Source: Octopus vulgaris (lineage: Eukaryota). Taken from it: 64,000 nt of DNA. The stretch spans positions 6,076,001-6,140,000 of the forward strand of contig OX597836.1 of assembly GCA_951406725.2 (NCBI GenBank). Direction: 5' to 3'. A model generated the notes under the pieces. That model was given only the letters and a program-made list of their open reading frames with translations. It was not told where the DNA came from and did not search any database. The translations under genes and the position numbers were made by a program. This document shows, one piece after another, positions 12,570 through 23,746 of the stretch. The first letter of the stretch is position 1. Each line of letters opens with the position of its first letter.

Positions 12570-12770
12570 TATTTGTGTCTGTGTTTGTGACCCGCACCAT
12601 CGCTTGACAACCGATGCCTGCGTATTTACGTTCCCGTCACTTAGCGGTTCGGCAAAAAAGACTGATAGATTAAGCACTACGCTTACAAAGAATAAGTCCT
12701 CGCCTCGATTTGTTCGACTAAAGGCTGAGCTCCAGCATGGCCGCAGGCAGATGCCAGAAACAAGTAAATG
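12570..12770 (+). mobile_element. SINE-B 3' half
   Basis: CACCATCGCTTGACAACCGATGC...TTAGCGGTTCGGCAAAA...GCTCCAGCATGGCCGCAGG...GAAACAAGTAAA. Confidence 0.8.
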
Positions 12771-12866
12771 ACTGTATGTGTGTGTGTATATGTATATATA
12801 TATACGTATGTACATATATATATACATATATACATGTGTATATATACATGCATATCTATACATGTG

Positions 12867-12963
<97 letters not shown>

Positions 12964-13325
12964 ATGTGTATATGTATGTATATATCAGTGTGTGTGTGTA
13001 GTCGAGTGTGTGCGTGTGTGTATTGCACTCACCAAGTGCAATGCTGAGCTAAGTTCAGCAGAATCTAGGACGCTAGATGAAATAATAAGCAGCGAACTCA
13101 GCCAAACAGGTAGAGTTCACATTAGAAGAAAGAAGATCTGACATTAAAATTGCTTCTAAATTCCTACCAATTTTCTCAACCATTTTAATACTAATTGAAA
13201 GACACGCACAACAAACAGCAAAAATTCCATGTTTTATAGGCATACATGCGTACGTATGTACATGTGCACGATATATGTGTGTATGAGCACGTGTGACCGT
13301 GTGCTTGTATGTACACTCATATACA

Positions 13326-13420
<95 letters not shown>

Positions 13421-13620
13421 GTGTGTCGTCTAAAGAATGTTTTAGAGAAATTTGATATTTTAATGTATTTATGGAACAGGTTTATGTCTAATAATTGCAT
13501 GCGTATATGTATGTGGTATATATACATATGCGTGCGTGCATGTCTAAGCATGCGGATACATACATACATACATACATACATACATACATACATACATACA
13601 TACATACATACATACATACA

Positions 13621-13719
<99 letters not shown>

Positions 13720-13773
13720 ATATATGATAGATAGATAGATACACATGTACACATACATATACATATTCATTTG

Positions 13774-13812
<39 letters not shown>

Positions 13813-14015
13813 GTATATATATGTATATAGATGTATATGCATGCATGAATATATGTGCTGAGAGCGTTATTTCTATATATATGGATGCGTATATTATCGT
13901 AAGTCTACACATGATGTACAAATACACACACACACACATATACATCCATATATATATGTTTGTGTATATATGTGTATATAGGTATGTAGGTGTGCATGTC
14001 TTTCGTATGTAAGTA

Positions 14016-14079
<64 letters not shown>

Positions 14080-14568
14080 AAAGTGGAGATTTTTTCTAAA
14101 TTTTAAATACTTCGCTAAAACACTACAATAATATGCAGAAAACAAAAATGTGAAAATATTGTGATTTGCAAAAATATTCTTTTCTTTCTCTCTTCTCTGT
14201 TCACTCTCTTTCTCTCCATCTCTCTTTCTCTCCGTCATTCCCTCTCTCTTTCTTCTCTCTATCGCTCTCTCTCTCTCTCCCTCTCTCTCTATTCGAAATA
14301 TCTCCATATTTTGAGAGACCTTAAATCAAAGTGTGCTTGTATGTATTTCTGCTCAATATACACATGTGTAAATTGTGTATGCATGCATGTATGTATGTTT
14401 GTATGTATGTATGTATTATGTATGTATGTATGTATGTATGTATGTATGTATGTATGTATGTATGTATGCATGTATATATATATGTGTGTTTATATATATA
14501 TATATATATATAAACACACACACATATATATATGCATACATACATGCATACCTATATACATACTTGCA

Positions 14569-14604
<36 letters not shown>

Positions 14605-14612
14605 TATATATA

Positions 14613-14905
14613 CGTCTTTACGTTCAAATTCCGGATTTCGACCGTCTTTACGTTCAAATTCCGGATTTCGACCGTCTTTACGTTCAATTTCCGGCATTTC
14701 GTCCATCTTTACGTTCAAATTCCAGCATCTCCGTAATTTGAACGTAAACACGAACTTTCTGAGTCCAAAATTCCCTGAGGGTGACTTTGCCTTTCGTCCT
14801 TCCAGGAGTGACAAAATAAGTACCAATTTAGAACAGGGACCGACGTAATCTTCTTGCCCCGTTCCCTAAAAATGCCAACCTTGTACCAAAATTTGAAGCC
14901 AATTA
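14613..14905 (+). mobile_element. SINE-A (tail 2) with its B-box region amplified as 4 x ~30-bp tandem units plus an inverted copy
   Basis: CGTCTTTACGTTCAAATTCCGGATTTCGAC twice exactly, plus two variants; inverted repeat 14708-14721/14735-14748; then GACTTTGCCTTTCGTCCTTCC...AATAAGTACC...CCTTGTACCAAAATTTGAAGCCAATT. Confidence 0.8.
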
Positions 14906-15224
14906 CATTATTAACCGTAGTTATTATCAGAATGTATTTTCTTCTTGAATATGGCGTAGGCCTGTTGAATACATAGTAGGTTAAATGCTTACATCCCACG
15001 TGTCTGTCAAAGTGTTTTGTTTTGAGACCCTGTGTGGAAACTAAACTAATTATAGCATGGGATACCCATAATAGCCAATCAAAACAGACAAAGACTGCCA
15101 ACTTCACTTAAACATTTATCATTTCGTGTCAAAATTGTCCTCCCACTAATTGCGAACCTGGCCACTTAGGCGTTTCCACTGCATACATCGATAAATATAT
15201 TTATGAATTAGCTTTTATCATTTT

Positions 15225-15420
15225 CTTGCTTCTGGCATTAGACCTTGAGGTCATGCTGGAGCACCGATTTCTGGATTTTTTTTTTTTTTACTTCTATTTA
15301 AGCCTGATACTTGTTCTATCGGTTTCTTTTATTGAACCGCTATGTTATGGGAACGTAAACATTCCAAAACCAGCTGTCCGGTGGTGATGGAGGACAAACA
15401 TAGACACAAAGACCCCCCAC
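15225..15420 (-). mobile_element. SINE-B 3' half
   Basis: Reverse complement of the SINE-B tail (CATGCTGGAGCACCG...TTCTATCGGTTTCTTTT..GAACCGCTA..GTAAACA). Confidence 0.7.
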
Positions 15421-15912
15421 ATACATACATACACACAGATATAATCTTTTCTAGTATAGGCACAAGGCCTGAAATTTATATATGTATGTAGAAACAAGAC
15501 TGTCGAATATATGCGTATATTTGTGTGTGTGAGTGTGTGTGTGAGTGTGTGTGTGTGTGTGTGTATGTGTGTGTACGTTTAGCATCCTGTTATTTAGCGG
15601 GATGTACCCCTCCATTGATTTTGAGCTTCCAAAGACTTCATTGGCCTCGGCAGATCCGGAAACATAAATTAGCTAAGTAACAAACACTTCTTTGGACTAT
15701 AGACAAAGGTCTAAACTTTGGGTGGGTGGATCCAACCGATTACACGCACCGAACCCGAAATGATAGAACTTGTAACTGACCTCGGCTGGATTTCAAAGCA
15801 GAATATAAACACGGACAAAATGCTGCTATCGATTCTACCACATCGCCTCTTTAGTGAAACAAAAAAATAAAAAGACGAAGACCTCCTTACAATACAAAAA
15901 AAAATGCGTATC

Positions 15913-16084
15913 AGGTGCAGGAGTGGCTGTTTGGTTGGTAGCTTGCTTACCAACCACATGGTTCCGGGTTCAGTCCCACTGCGTGGCACCTTGGGCAAGT
16001 GTTTTCTACTATAGCCGAGGGCCGACTAAAGCCTTCTGAATGGATTTGATAGTAGGAAACTGAAAGAAGTCCGCCGAATATATG

Positions 16085-16137
<53 letters not shown>

Positions 16138-16352
16138 GTGTGTGTATATGTTTGTGTGTCTGTGTTTTTCTCCCACCATCGCTTGACAACCGATGCTGGT
16201 GTGTTTACGTCCCCGTAACTTAGCGGTTCGGTAAAAGAGAACGATAGAATATTACTAGGCTTACACGGAATAAGTCCTGGGGTTGATTTGCTCGACTAAA
16301 AAGACGGTGCTCCAGCTTGGCCGCAGTCAAATGACTGAAACAATTAAAAGAG
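15913..16352 (+). mobile_element. SINE-B full length (tRNA head, CORE-like CCTTGGGCAAGT, internal TA/TG tract, CR1-like tail)
   Basis: GGTGCAGGAGTGGCTGTTTGG...GGGTTCAGTCCCACTGCGTGGCACCTTGGGCAAGTG...GGTGCTCCAGCTTGGCCGCAGTCAAATGACTGAAACAATTAAAAGA. Confidence 0.9.
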
Positions 16353-16604
16353 TATTCATATTTCAAGCATACACGCGCATTATCAGGAGCGAACAGCTAG
16401 GAGAGATGCATATTTACGTAAATTCAACCATATGGAGCGCTTAATTTAAATAATATTTCGATACTTTTTATTTTTCTCTCCCTTCTTATGTTCCTTCTTT
16501 CTCTCTCTCCCACTCTCCCTCTTTCTTTCTTTCTCTCCTTCTTTCTTGAACTTGTAATATAGACAATCACTAAAACATATTACTTACGAATAATATAATA
16601 AATT

Positions 16605-16905
16605 GCCTTTGCGTTAGTCGATAGTCATGCTGGAGCACCGTCTTTAGTTGAACAAATCGACCCCAAGACTTATTCCTTGTAAGCCCGGTACTTGTTCTAG
16701 CGGTCTCTTTTTTGCGAACCGCTACTTTACGGCAAGGTAAACACACATATATATACGACAGGCTACTTTAAGTTTCTATCTAGCAAATTCACTCGCAACG
16801 CTTTGGTCGGCCCAAGGTTATAGTAGATGACACTTGCCCAAGGTTCCTTGCAGTGGGGCTGAACCCGGAATAATGTGGTTGGGCAAGCTTCTTACCACAC
16901 GCCCA
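16605..16905 (-). mobile_element. SINE-B (inverted, internally deleted)
   Basis: Reverse complement of the head (CACTTGCCCAAGG...GAACCCGGAA...AAGCTTCTTACCACAC) and the tail (CATGCTGGAGCACCG). Confidence 0.85.
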
Positions 16906-16934
16906 TATATAATTGCACACCCATATGCATTAAC

Positions 16935-17046
<112 letters not shown>

Positions 17047-17142
17047 GTATATATATACATATATGTGTGTGTGTGCGTATATATATACACATATATGCAC
17101 GCACGCACACACACACACACATATTCACACGCATACACACAA

Positions 17143-17270
17143 GTGTGGCTGTGTGGTAAGAAGTTTGCTTCCCTTTCACATGGTTCCGGGTTCAGTCCCA
17201 CTGTGTGACACCATCGGCAAGTGCGTTTTACTATAGCTTCGACGAACACTTTTGAGTGGATTTGACAGAT
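17143..17270 (+). mobile_element. SINE-B 5' half
   Basis: GTGGCTGTGTGGTAAGAAGTTTGCTTCCC...GGGTTCAGTCCCACTG...GGCAAGTG. Confidence 0.8.
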
Positions 17271-17515
17271 AGACTAACAGAGAGACAGACAGATAGCTAG
17301 GTTGATAGATGTGCATATACATATATACAAGTATTAACACATACGTAGTGACAATTGGATAAATTGACATATATATATATACATATACGCATATACATGT
17401 ATATACACATATTCGCAATTACTTATACACGCCTAAGTATAATATATACACACACGTACACACGCATATACACTCATTTACACGAATCGAGAAACACATA
17501 GATAAGAAATGTTAC

Positions 17516-17653
17516 CTTAAAAGGTTTTTCTTGTCTGTCTGTGTCGAACAGGAATCCAATCAGATTTGAACCTTCCACTGCTCTCTTCACCTCCTCTTCT
17601 CAGTCGCCATGACCTTGGCGCGGAGGGATGGCCATCCACTGTGTTATATGATA
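17516..17653 (-). other. Candidate 138-nt spliced exon (non-coding, UTR or terminal-coding)
   Basis: Minus strand: acceptor CCTTCTTTCCCTCACCGCAG|TATC..., purine-rich body, donor TTAAG|GTAACA; unique sequence between repeats; all three frames contain a stop. Confidence 0.4.
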
Positions 17654-17682
17654 CTGCGGTGAGGGAAAGAAGGATTTCTCTT

Positions 17683-18250
17683 GGTGGTGATGATGGTGGT
17701 GGTGGTAGTGGTGGTAGTGGTGGTGGTGGTGGTGGTAGTGGTGGTAGTGGTGGTGGTGGTGGTGAGGTAGCCGTCATCCGTCGTCGTCGTTGTAGTTGCT
17801 GTTGTCGTGGTAGCTGTTGTTGTTGTAGTTATCGGTGGTGGTGGCTGTTTCGGGGCTGGTTGTGTTGGGCGTCAAGTGAATTCTAATGGTGATGGCGGAT
17901 CCGCTGTGGTGGTGGTAGTGGTAGTGGTGGTGGTGACAGTCGTGGTGATGGTGATGGTAATGGTATTGGTGATGGTGATGGTGATGATGTGGGTAGTGGT
18001 AGCGGTGGTGCTGTTGGTTTTGGTGGTGATAGTTGTGGGAGGTTATGGTGGTGGTATTGGTGGAGGAGGAGGTAGTGGTGGTGGTGGTGGTGGAGGTAGG
18101 AGGTAGTGGTGGTGGTGGTGGTGGTGGTGGTGGTGGTGATGGTGACGGCGATGGTGGTAGTGGTAATTGTAGTGGCGGCAATGGTAACGGTGGTGGTGGT
18201 TTTGGTGGTCGTGGTGGTGGTGGTTTTGGTGGTCGTGGTGGTGGTCATGG
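17683..18250. repeat. Degenerate (GGT)n trinucleotide tract
   Basis: Direct reading; source of the poly-P/T/H/V/G ORFs. Confidence 0.95.
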
Positions 18251-18406
18251 CGAAAGTTTTCTTATTAATTGTAGCAGGTGCAGTTCTTAATTGTAGCTGC
18301 TGCAGTTGATTTTTAGCCGCTGGTCCAAAGGCATTCCGATCTACAAAGTATACAAGACCTCCGTATCCAATGTATCGTATTTAAACATGATATTGAATTT
18401 AAGGTG

Positions 18407-18810
18407 GGGCGGCGAGCTGGCAGAAGCGTTAGCACGCCGGGCGAAATGCTTAGCGGTATTTCGTCTGTCTTTACGTTCTCGGTTCAAATTCCGCCGAGGT
18501 CGACTTTGCCTTTCATCCTTCCGGGGTCGATTAAATAAGTACCAGTTACGCACTGGGGTCGATATAATCGACTTAATCCGTCTGTCTGTCCTTGTTTGTC
18601 CTCTCTGTGTTTAGCCCCTTGTGGGTAGTAAAGAAATAGATATTTCGTATGTCTTTATGTTTTGTGTTCAAGTTCCTCCGAAGTCTACTTTGCCTTTCAT
18701 ACTTTCAGGGTCAATAACTTAAGTACCAGTTGTGTACTGGGATCAATCTAATCGACTGGCCGCCTCCCTCAAAATTTCGGGCCTTGTGCCTAGAGTAAAA
18801 AAAGAGTAAG
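18407..18810 (+). mobile_element. SINE-A dimer: full unit with tail 1 (to ~18640) plus headless unit with tail 2
   Basis: First unit ends AGCCCCTTGTGGGTAGTAAAGAAATA; second restarts TATTTCGTATGTCTTTATGTT...and ends CGGGCCTTGTGCCTAGAGTAAAA. Confidence 0.9.
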
Positions 18811-18965
18811 TGTATAAATCTGAGAAGTGGGATATGTTAAATAAAATCCTTATTAACTGATCCTCCTCTATTTTCTTTTACACAAAGCCAGCAACATTTC
18901 GGCAACCCTTCGTATATAAAAATAACGCATATATGACGTCGGGTGCAAAATGTATATTAAATATA

Positions 18966-19365
18966 CGTGTGGCTGTGTGGTAAGAAGCTTGCTTCCCACC
19001 TACAAGATTCCGGGTTCAGTCCCACTGCGTCGCAACTTCGGCAAGTGTCTTCTACTATAGCCTCAGGCCGACCAAAACCTCGTGGATGGATTTGATAGAC
19101 GGACACTGAAAGAAGCCCGTTCTATACAATAATGTCTATATATCTATATGTGTGTGTGTGTCATTGGGTCCGTATTTGTCTGCCACCACCGCTACTCAAC
19201 AGATGCTGGTTTGTTTACGTTCTAGTAACATGGAGGTCCGGCAAAAGGGATCTGATAGCATAAATATTTAAAAAACGTAAAGTGATCAATTCGACTAAAA
19301 ATTCTTCTAAGCGGTGCCCCAGCATTGCCGCAGCATAATAACTTGAACAATTGAAAGATAAAAGA
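18966..19365 (+). mobile_element. SINE-B full length, diverged
   Basis: GTGGCTGTGTGGTAAGAAGCTTGCTTCCC...GCGGTGCCCCAGCATTGCCGCAG. Confidence 0.85.
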
Positions 19366-19427
19366 TAAAAACTATAATAACCAACGTTATCAAAGGCTCA
19401 TAGCACCGATTCTGTGATATATATATA

Positions 19428-19660
19428 TAATAATAATGTTCGTCCTTCGGGTTCGAGGATGACCATTGACATCATTTGGTGGAATTGCTGCTATGAGATC
19501 GGAGGTGGCTGATGAGGCCTATCCGGGCAAAAAAGCCCATCCCACAGGTGGGGCAGTTGTGGGTAGGGGCTGTGCTATTGGTGCAGGTGGCTCTGGCTTT
19601 CCGCATCTGGCGTTTCTGTTCTACTGACTGAATCCGTCTCTCCTTATGCCAAATCAGTGG
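19428..19660 (-). mobile_element. RTE-clade LINE 3' end (C-terminal C2H2 finger, 3' UTR, (ATT)n)
   Basis: ERRIQSVEQKRQMRKAR...HNCPTCGMGFFARIGLISHLRSH* is the characteristic RTE/BovB C-terminus; tail GGTCATCCTCGAACCCGAAGGACGAAC-ATTATTATT. Confidence 0.9.
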
Positions 19661-19692
19661 TATACACACACACACATATGCACGCACACACG

Positions 19693-19766
<74 letters not shown>

Positions 19767-19767
19767 C

Positions 19768-20100
19768 TGGCATTCCGTCGGTTACGACGACGAGTGTTCC
19801 AGTTGATTCGATCAACTGCTCGTGAAATTCATGTGCAAGTGGCTGAGCACTCCGCAGACACATGTACCATTAACGTAGTTCTCGGGGAGATTCAGCGTGA
19901 CAGAGAGTTCGAAAAGGGTGGCCCTTTGAAATACAAGAAGAAACAGTGGGAGAAAGTTGTGGTGAAAGAGTACAGCAGGATTTGCCACCATCCTCTGCTG
20001 CAGGCACGTGGGTATTGAGGTGTTTTCGCTCAATAAATACTCACAATGCCTGGTCTACGACCGCGAGTCCGCTGCCCTAACCACTAGGCCATTGCGCCTC
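19768..20100 (-). mobile_element. SINE-D (tRNA-like head, tail ending CGTCGTCGTAACCGACGGAATGCC)
   Basis: Reverse complement of GGCGCAATGGCCTAGTGGTTAGGGCAGCGGACTCGCGGTCG...GTGCTCAGCCACTTGCAC...; homologous to 34818-35192. Confidence 0.85.
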
Positions 20101-20111
20101 CACGCACATAT

Positions 20112-20189
<78 letters not shown>

Positions 20190-20332
20190 CATATATAAAT
20201 ATGCAAATATGTGTATAATTATGTATATATTTAGGTGTGTATATATGCACAATAATATCCATAAGTATACGCACGTCGCATGTGTTGCATTACGCACACG
20301 CATACACACACACACATATACACACATATGTA

Positions 20333-20369
<37 letters not shown>

Positions 20370-20423
20370 AATATATATGGATACATTAATATATATATAT
20401 ATATAATGTATACACACATACAC

Positions 20424-20514
<91 letters not shown>

Positions 20515-20763
20515 AAGATGCATATATTTTCTGGGAAGCGACATCCTGACTCGGTCTACAAATTGTAAATAATTACAATGGATAGCTACATGTCAGTAAA
20601 TAAATAAGATGAAGCCCTCAATGATCATAATATTCCACTAATTAGATTCACTAATTAGATTTATTAATCTCTCATTAAGGGATGTATCTGATAATGAAAC
20701 CTTCAGTAAATGACTCCGTTTACTGAGTTAAACTTTGTATATTATATGATAGTGGAATAAATG

Positions 20764-20808
<45 letters not shown>

Positions 20809-20817
20809 GTCTATCTG

Positions 20818-20861
<44 letters not shown>

Positions 20862-21111
20862 ACTGTCCATATGTCTGTCTGTTTCCCTCCATCTATCTGT
20901 TTCCCTCCCTGTCTTTCTATCTCCCTTTCTCTCTCTTTCTCTCTCTGTCTTTCTCTCTTCTCCTCTCTCTTTCTCCCTATTTCTCCCTCTGTCTCTGTTT
21001 CTATATATCTATCTATCTATTTGTCTGCCTGTCTATCTATCTATCTAATAATCCATCATTCTATCTCTCCGTCTATCTGTCTATCTATCTTTCTCTCTCT
21101 ACATATATATG

Positions 21112-21234
<123 letters not shown>

Positions 21235-21937
21235 GTATATATATATATACATATATATATGTGTGTGTGTGTGTGTATATATATATATGTATGTATGTAT
21301 ATATATATGCTCAAAAGTATGTGTACGTATGCACACATACACATATGATTATATTTGTCTGCTGTGTCTCTATTCCAATTAATTAATAGGCACGGCCATG
21401 ATTCGACGCTATGTAAATAGCTTTAAGTCCCTGTCTCATCACGCTCACATTAGCAACATGTTGTGCTCATTACTGTAACTCAGCAAGCGCAGATGAGTCA
21501 GCGTATCCTGACGATGGTTTTGACGAAGGCATAACAGGAACTGCTAATCGTCCCTATATCGGCACCCGACCTGTAGTGGCATGTGGCTTGACAGCTGGGC
21601 TGGTGTTTTCTAGCCAGCGTGGCTACAAATACCTTTAACATAGGAAATTAATGTTTCCTTCAATTTAATTCTGTCTGTGCAAAATACATACATACATACA
21701 TACATACATACATACATACATACATACATACATACGTGTGTGTGTGTACGCGAGTAGGCACTTAAATCAAACAAGGTTGAAAGAATAGTACTCGAAAACT
21801 GAAGGTAGAGTAATATGTTTATTTGTTTTTTTGTTGTTATCAGGCTGCAAAAGCATGAAAAAAATATCTGCTACTCAGAGTTTCCCGTTCACCGGGCAGT
21901 GGTTGGTAAAGAATGATCATATATATATATGTATAAA

Positions 21938-22290
21938 CGAGCAAAACGCCCCCACCCCCGTCCAATGGACGGTGCTGAGTTGTCAAACATTTAAACCAAA
22001 ATTTCTCAAACCAACATGTCCGACCGTCCCATAGGCCTCCAATTTGAGAAACACTGATTTAACCTAAATTTGAGACACCAGCAAAAGAAGAAATAACGAT
22101 AGATTTTTTTTCTATTCGAAAGAAGGAAAATTTCTCGCGACTTTATCGATCGCATTCTCACCTGGAATCGATTTTTGAAATTTTTTCACGACTTATTTAC
22201 GCACTGGTACCGTCGGTATCTACATATCAAATTTGAGCGCAATCGGATGGAGGATTCCCGAGATCCTAGAAGCCACACACACACACACAG
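21938..22290 (-). mobile_element. Non-autonomous Helitron-like element (family H2), copy 1
   Basis: Homologous over ~350 bp to 36381-36751; subterminal hairpin CCGTCC-AAT-GGACGG; minus-strand end CTCG|T (CTAG variant). Confidence 0.7.
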
Positions 22291-22479
22291 CCAAAACGCA
22301 CACCCACGTTACACGATAAGTTAGCGACATCGAATTTTGTCTAAAAGCTGGAAAAATGACGTGAGAGCGCTCTTTCTGCGCATGCGTTGACAACCGGTTC
22401 GTTGACCGGTCGTCAACCAGAAGTATATATATATTTCATCACCACTGGAAATATCGAAGGACATTTTACATTTCCATAT

Positions 22480-22612
22480 ATGGCTGTTTGGTAAGTCTCT
22501 TTCCAAACCCCATGGTTCCGAGTTCAGTTCCGTTTCCTGACACTTTGGCCAAGTGTCCTCTACTATAGCCTCGGACCGATCAAAGCCTTGTGAGTGGATA
22601 TGGTGGACGAAG
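22480..22612 (+). mobile_element. SINE-B 5' half
   Basis: TGGCTGTTTGGTAAG...CATGGTTCCGAGTTCAGTTCC...GGCCAAGTGTCCTCTACTATAGCCTCGG. Confidence 0.8.
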
Positions 22613-22633
22613 TATATATATATATATATATAT

Positions 22634-22738
<105 letters not shown>

Positions 22739-22791
22739 AGAGAGAGAGAGAGACTTCGATATATATATACACTAGGAAATGGAAGGGTGGA

Positions 22792-23147
22792 AGGCGCATG
22801 GTTCAATGGTTAGAGAGTCGAGCTTGCGATCGTGAGGCTGTGAGTTCGATTCCCAGACCGGGCTGTATGTTGTGTTCTTGAGCAAGACACTTTGTTTCCC
22901 GTGTTGCTCCAGTTCACTCAGCTGTAGAAATGAGTTGTGACACCACTGGCGCCCCAAGATGTATCAGCCTTTGTCTTTTCCTTGGTGACACGGAAAGGGG
23001 ACGCTGTTACATATGGGTAACTGTTGATCTTCCATAAAAACAACCCTAGGTTTGCGTTAGCCGGTGAGGCAACGTTCCGCCTAAACTTATCCCACGGCGG
23101 TTCACATGTTAGGTTAACCCACGTTCATTCGTGATCAACGGAGACGA

Positions 23148-23148
<1 letters not shown>
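22792..23148 (+). mobile_element. SINE-C (tRNA head, GTGTTCTTGAGCAAGACACTT domain)
   Basis: GGCGCATGGTTCAATGGTTAGAG...GAGTTCGATTCCC...CTCCAGTTCACTCAGCTGTAGAAATGAG; homologous to 44229-44460. Confidence 0.85.
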
Positions 23149-23184
<36 letters not shown>

Positions 23185-23194
<10 letters not shown>

Positions 23195-23695
23195 TGTAGT
23201 TGTGTGAGTGTCTGTCTCCTACGATTTAGATTCCTAACTCCTCCCACATTTTGCGGTGCAGTTTAACCAAATTCGGGTATCTTATAGTCGTGATTCATAT
23301 CGAGCCCGTCTGAGTATTAGCGCGCGTCTACGATGAGTCTACGATTTTAAAAATAATTTAACATCATTTTTTATTCCATTTTAATGCATAATTTTTCGTG
23401 TGTCGATGGCGGCGGAGTTGGCGTCCACGCTCAAACACCTGCACTTGTGTTTGCTTCTCCCCCTTCTTCCCTCCCTCGTGAAGCTGTGGGGAAGGGAGTG
23501 TAAGGAAATCAACGTCGTAAAGCGTTGTCAAGGAGACCAGCGTTCTTTTAGAACAACGACTTCATGGCTTGAAGACACCAAAACAGAAATGGCTAAGAAA
23601 GCCCGAATTGGCATCTATAAGGGAAGTAACTCTCTAAAAATGCTTATATAGTTATTTCCCTTACAAACCCGAGCAACGCCGGGCGATACTGTTAG
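23185..23695 (+). mobile_element. Non-autonomous Helitron (ends shared with H1, different interior), inserted in (TA)n
   Basis: Starts TATATAAAACTGTAGTTGT; ends ACAAACCCGAGCAACGCCGGGCGATACTGTTAG|T. Confidence 0.8.
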
Positions 23696-23699
23696 TATA

Positions 23700-23746
<47 letters not shown>

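Noticed and set aside
17517-18309. Pro/Thr/His/Gly-rich ORFs resembling mucin or extensin
   Set aside because: All frames are open because of the (GGT)n repeat.
18407-18495. tRNA genes at SINE heads
   Set aside because: A/B boxes are present but there is no full cloverleaf, and each is followed by a SINE body.
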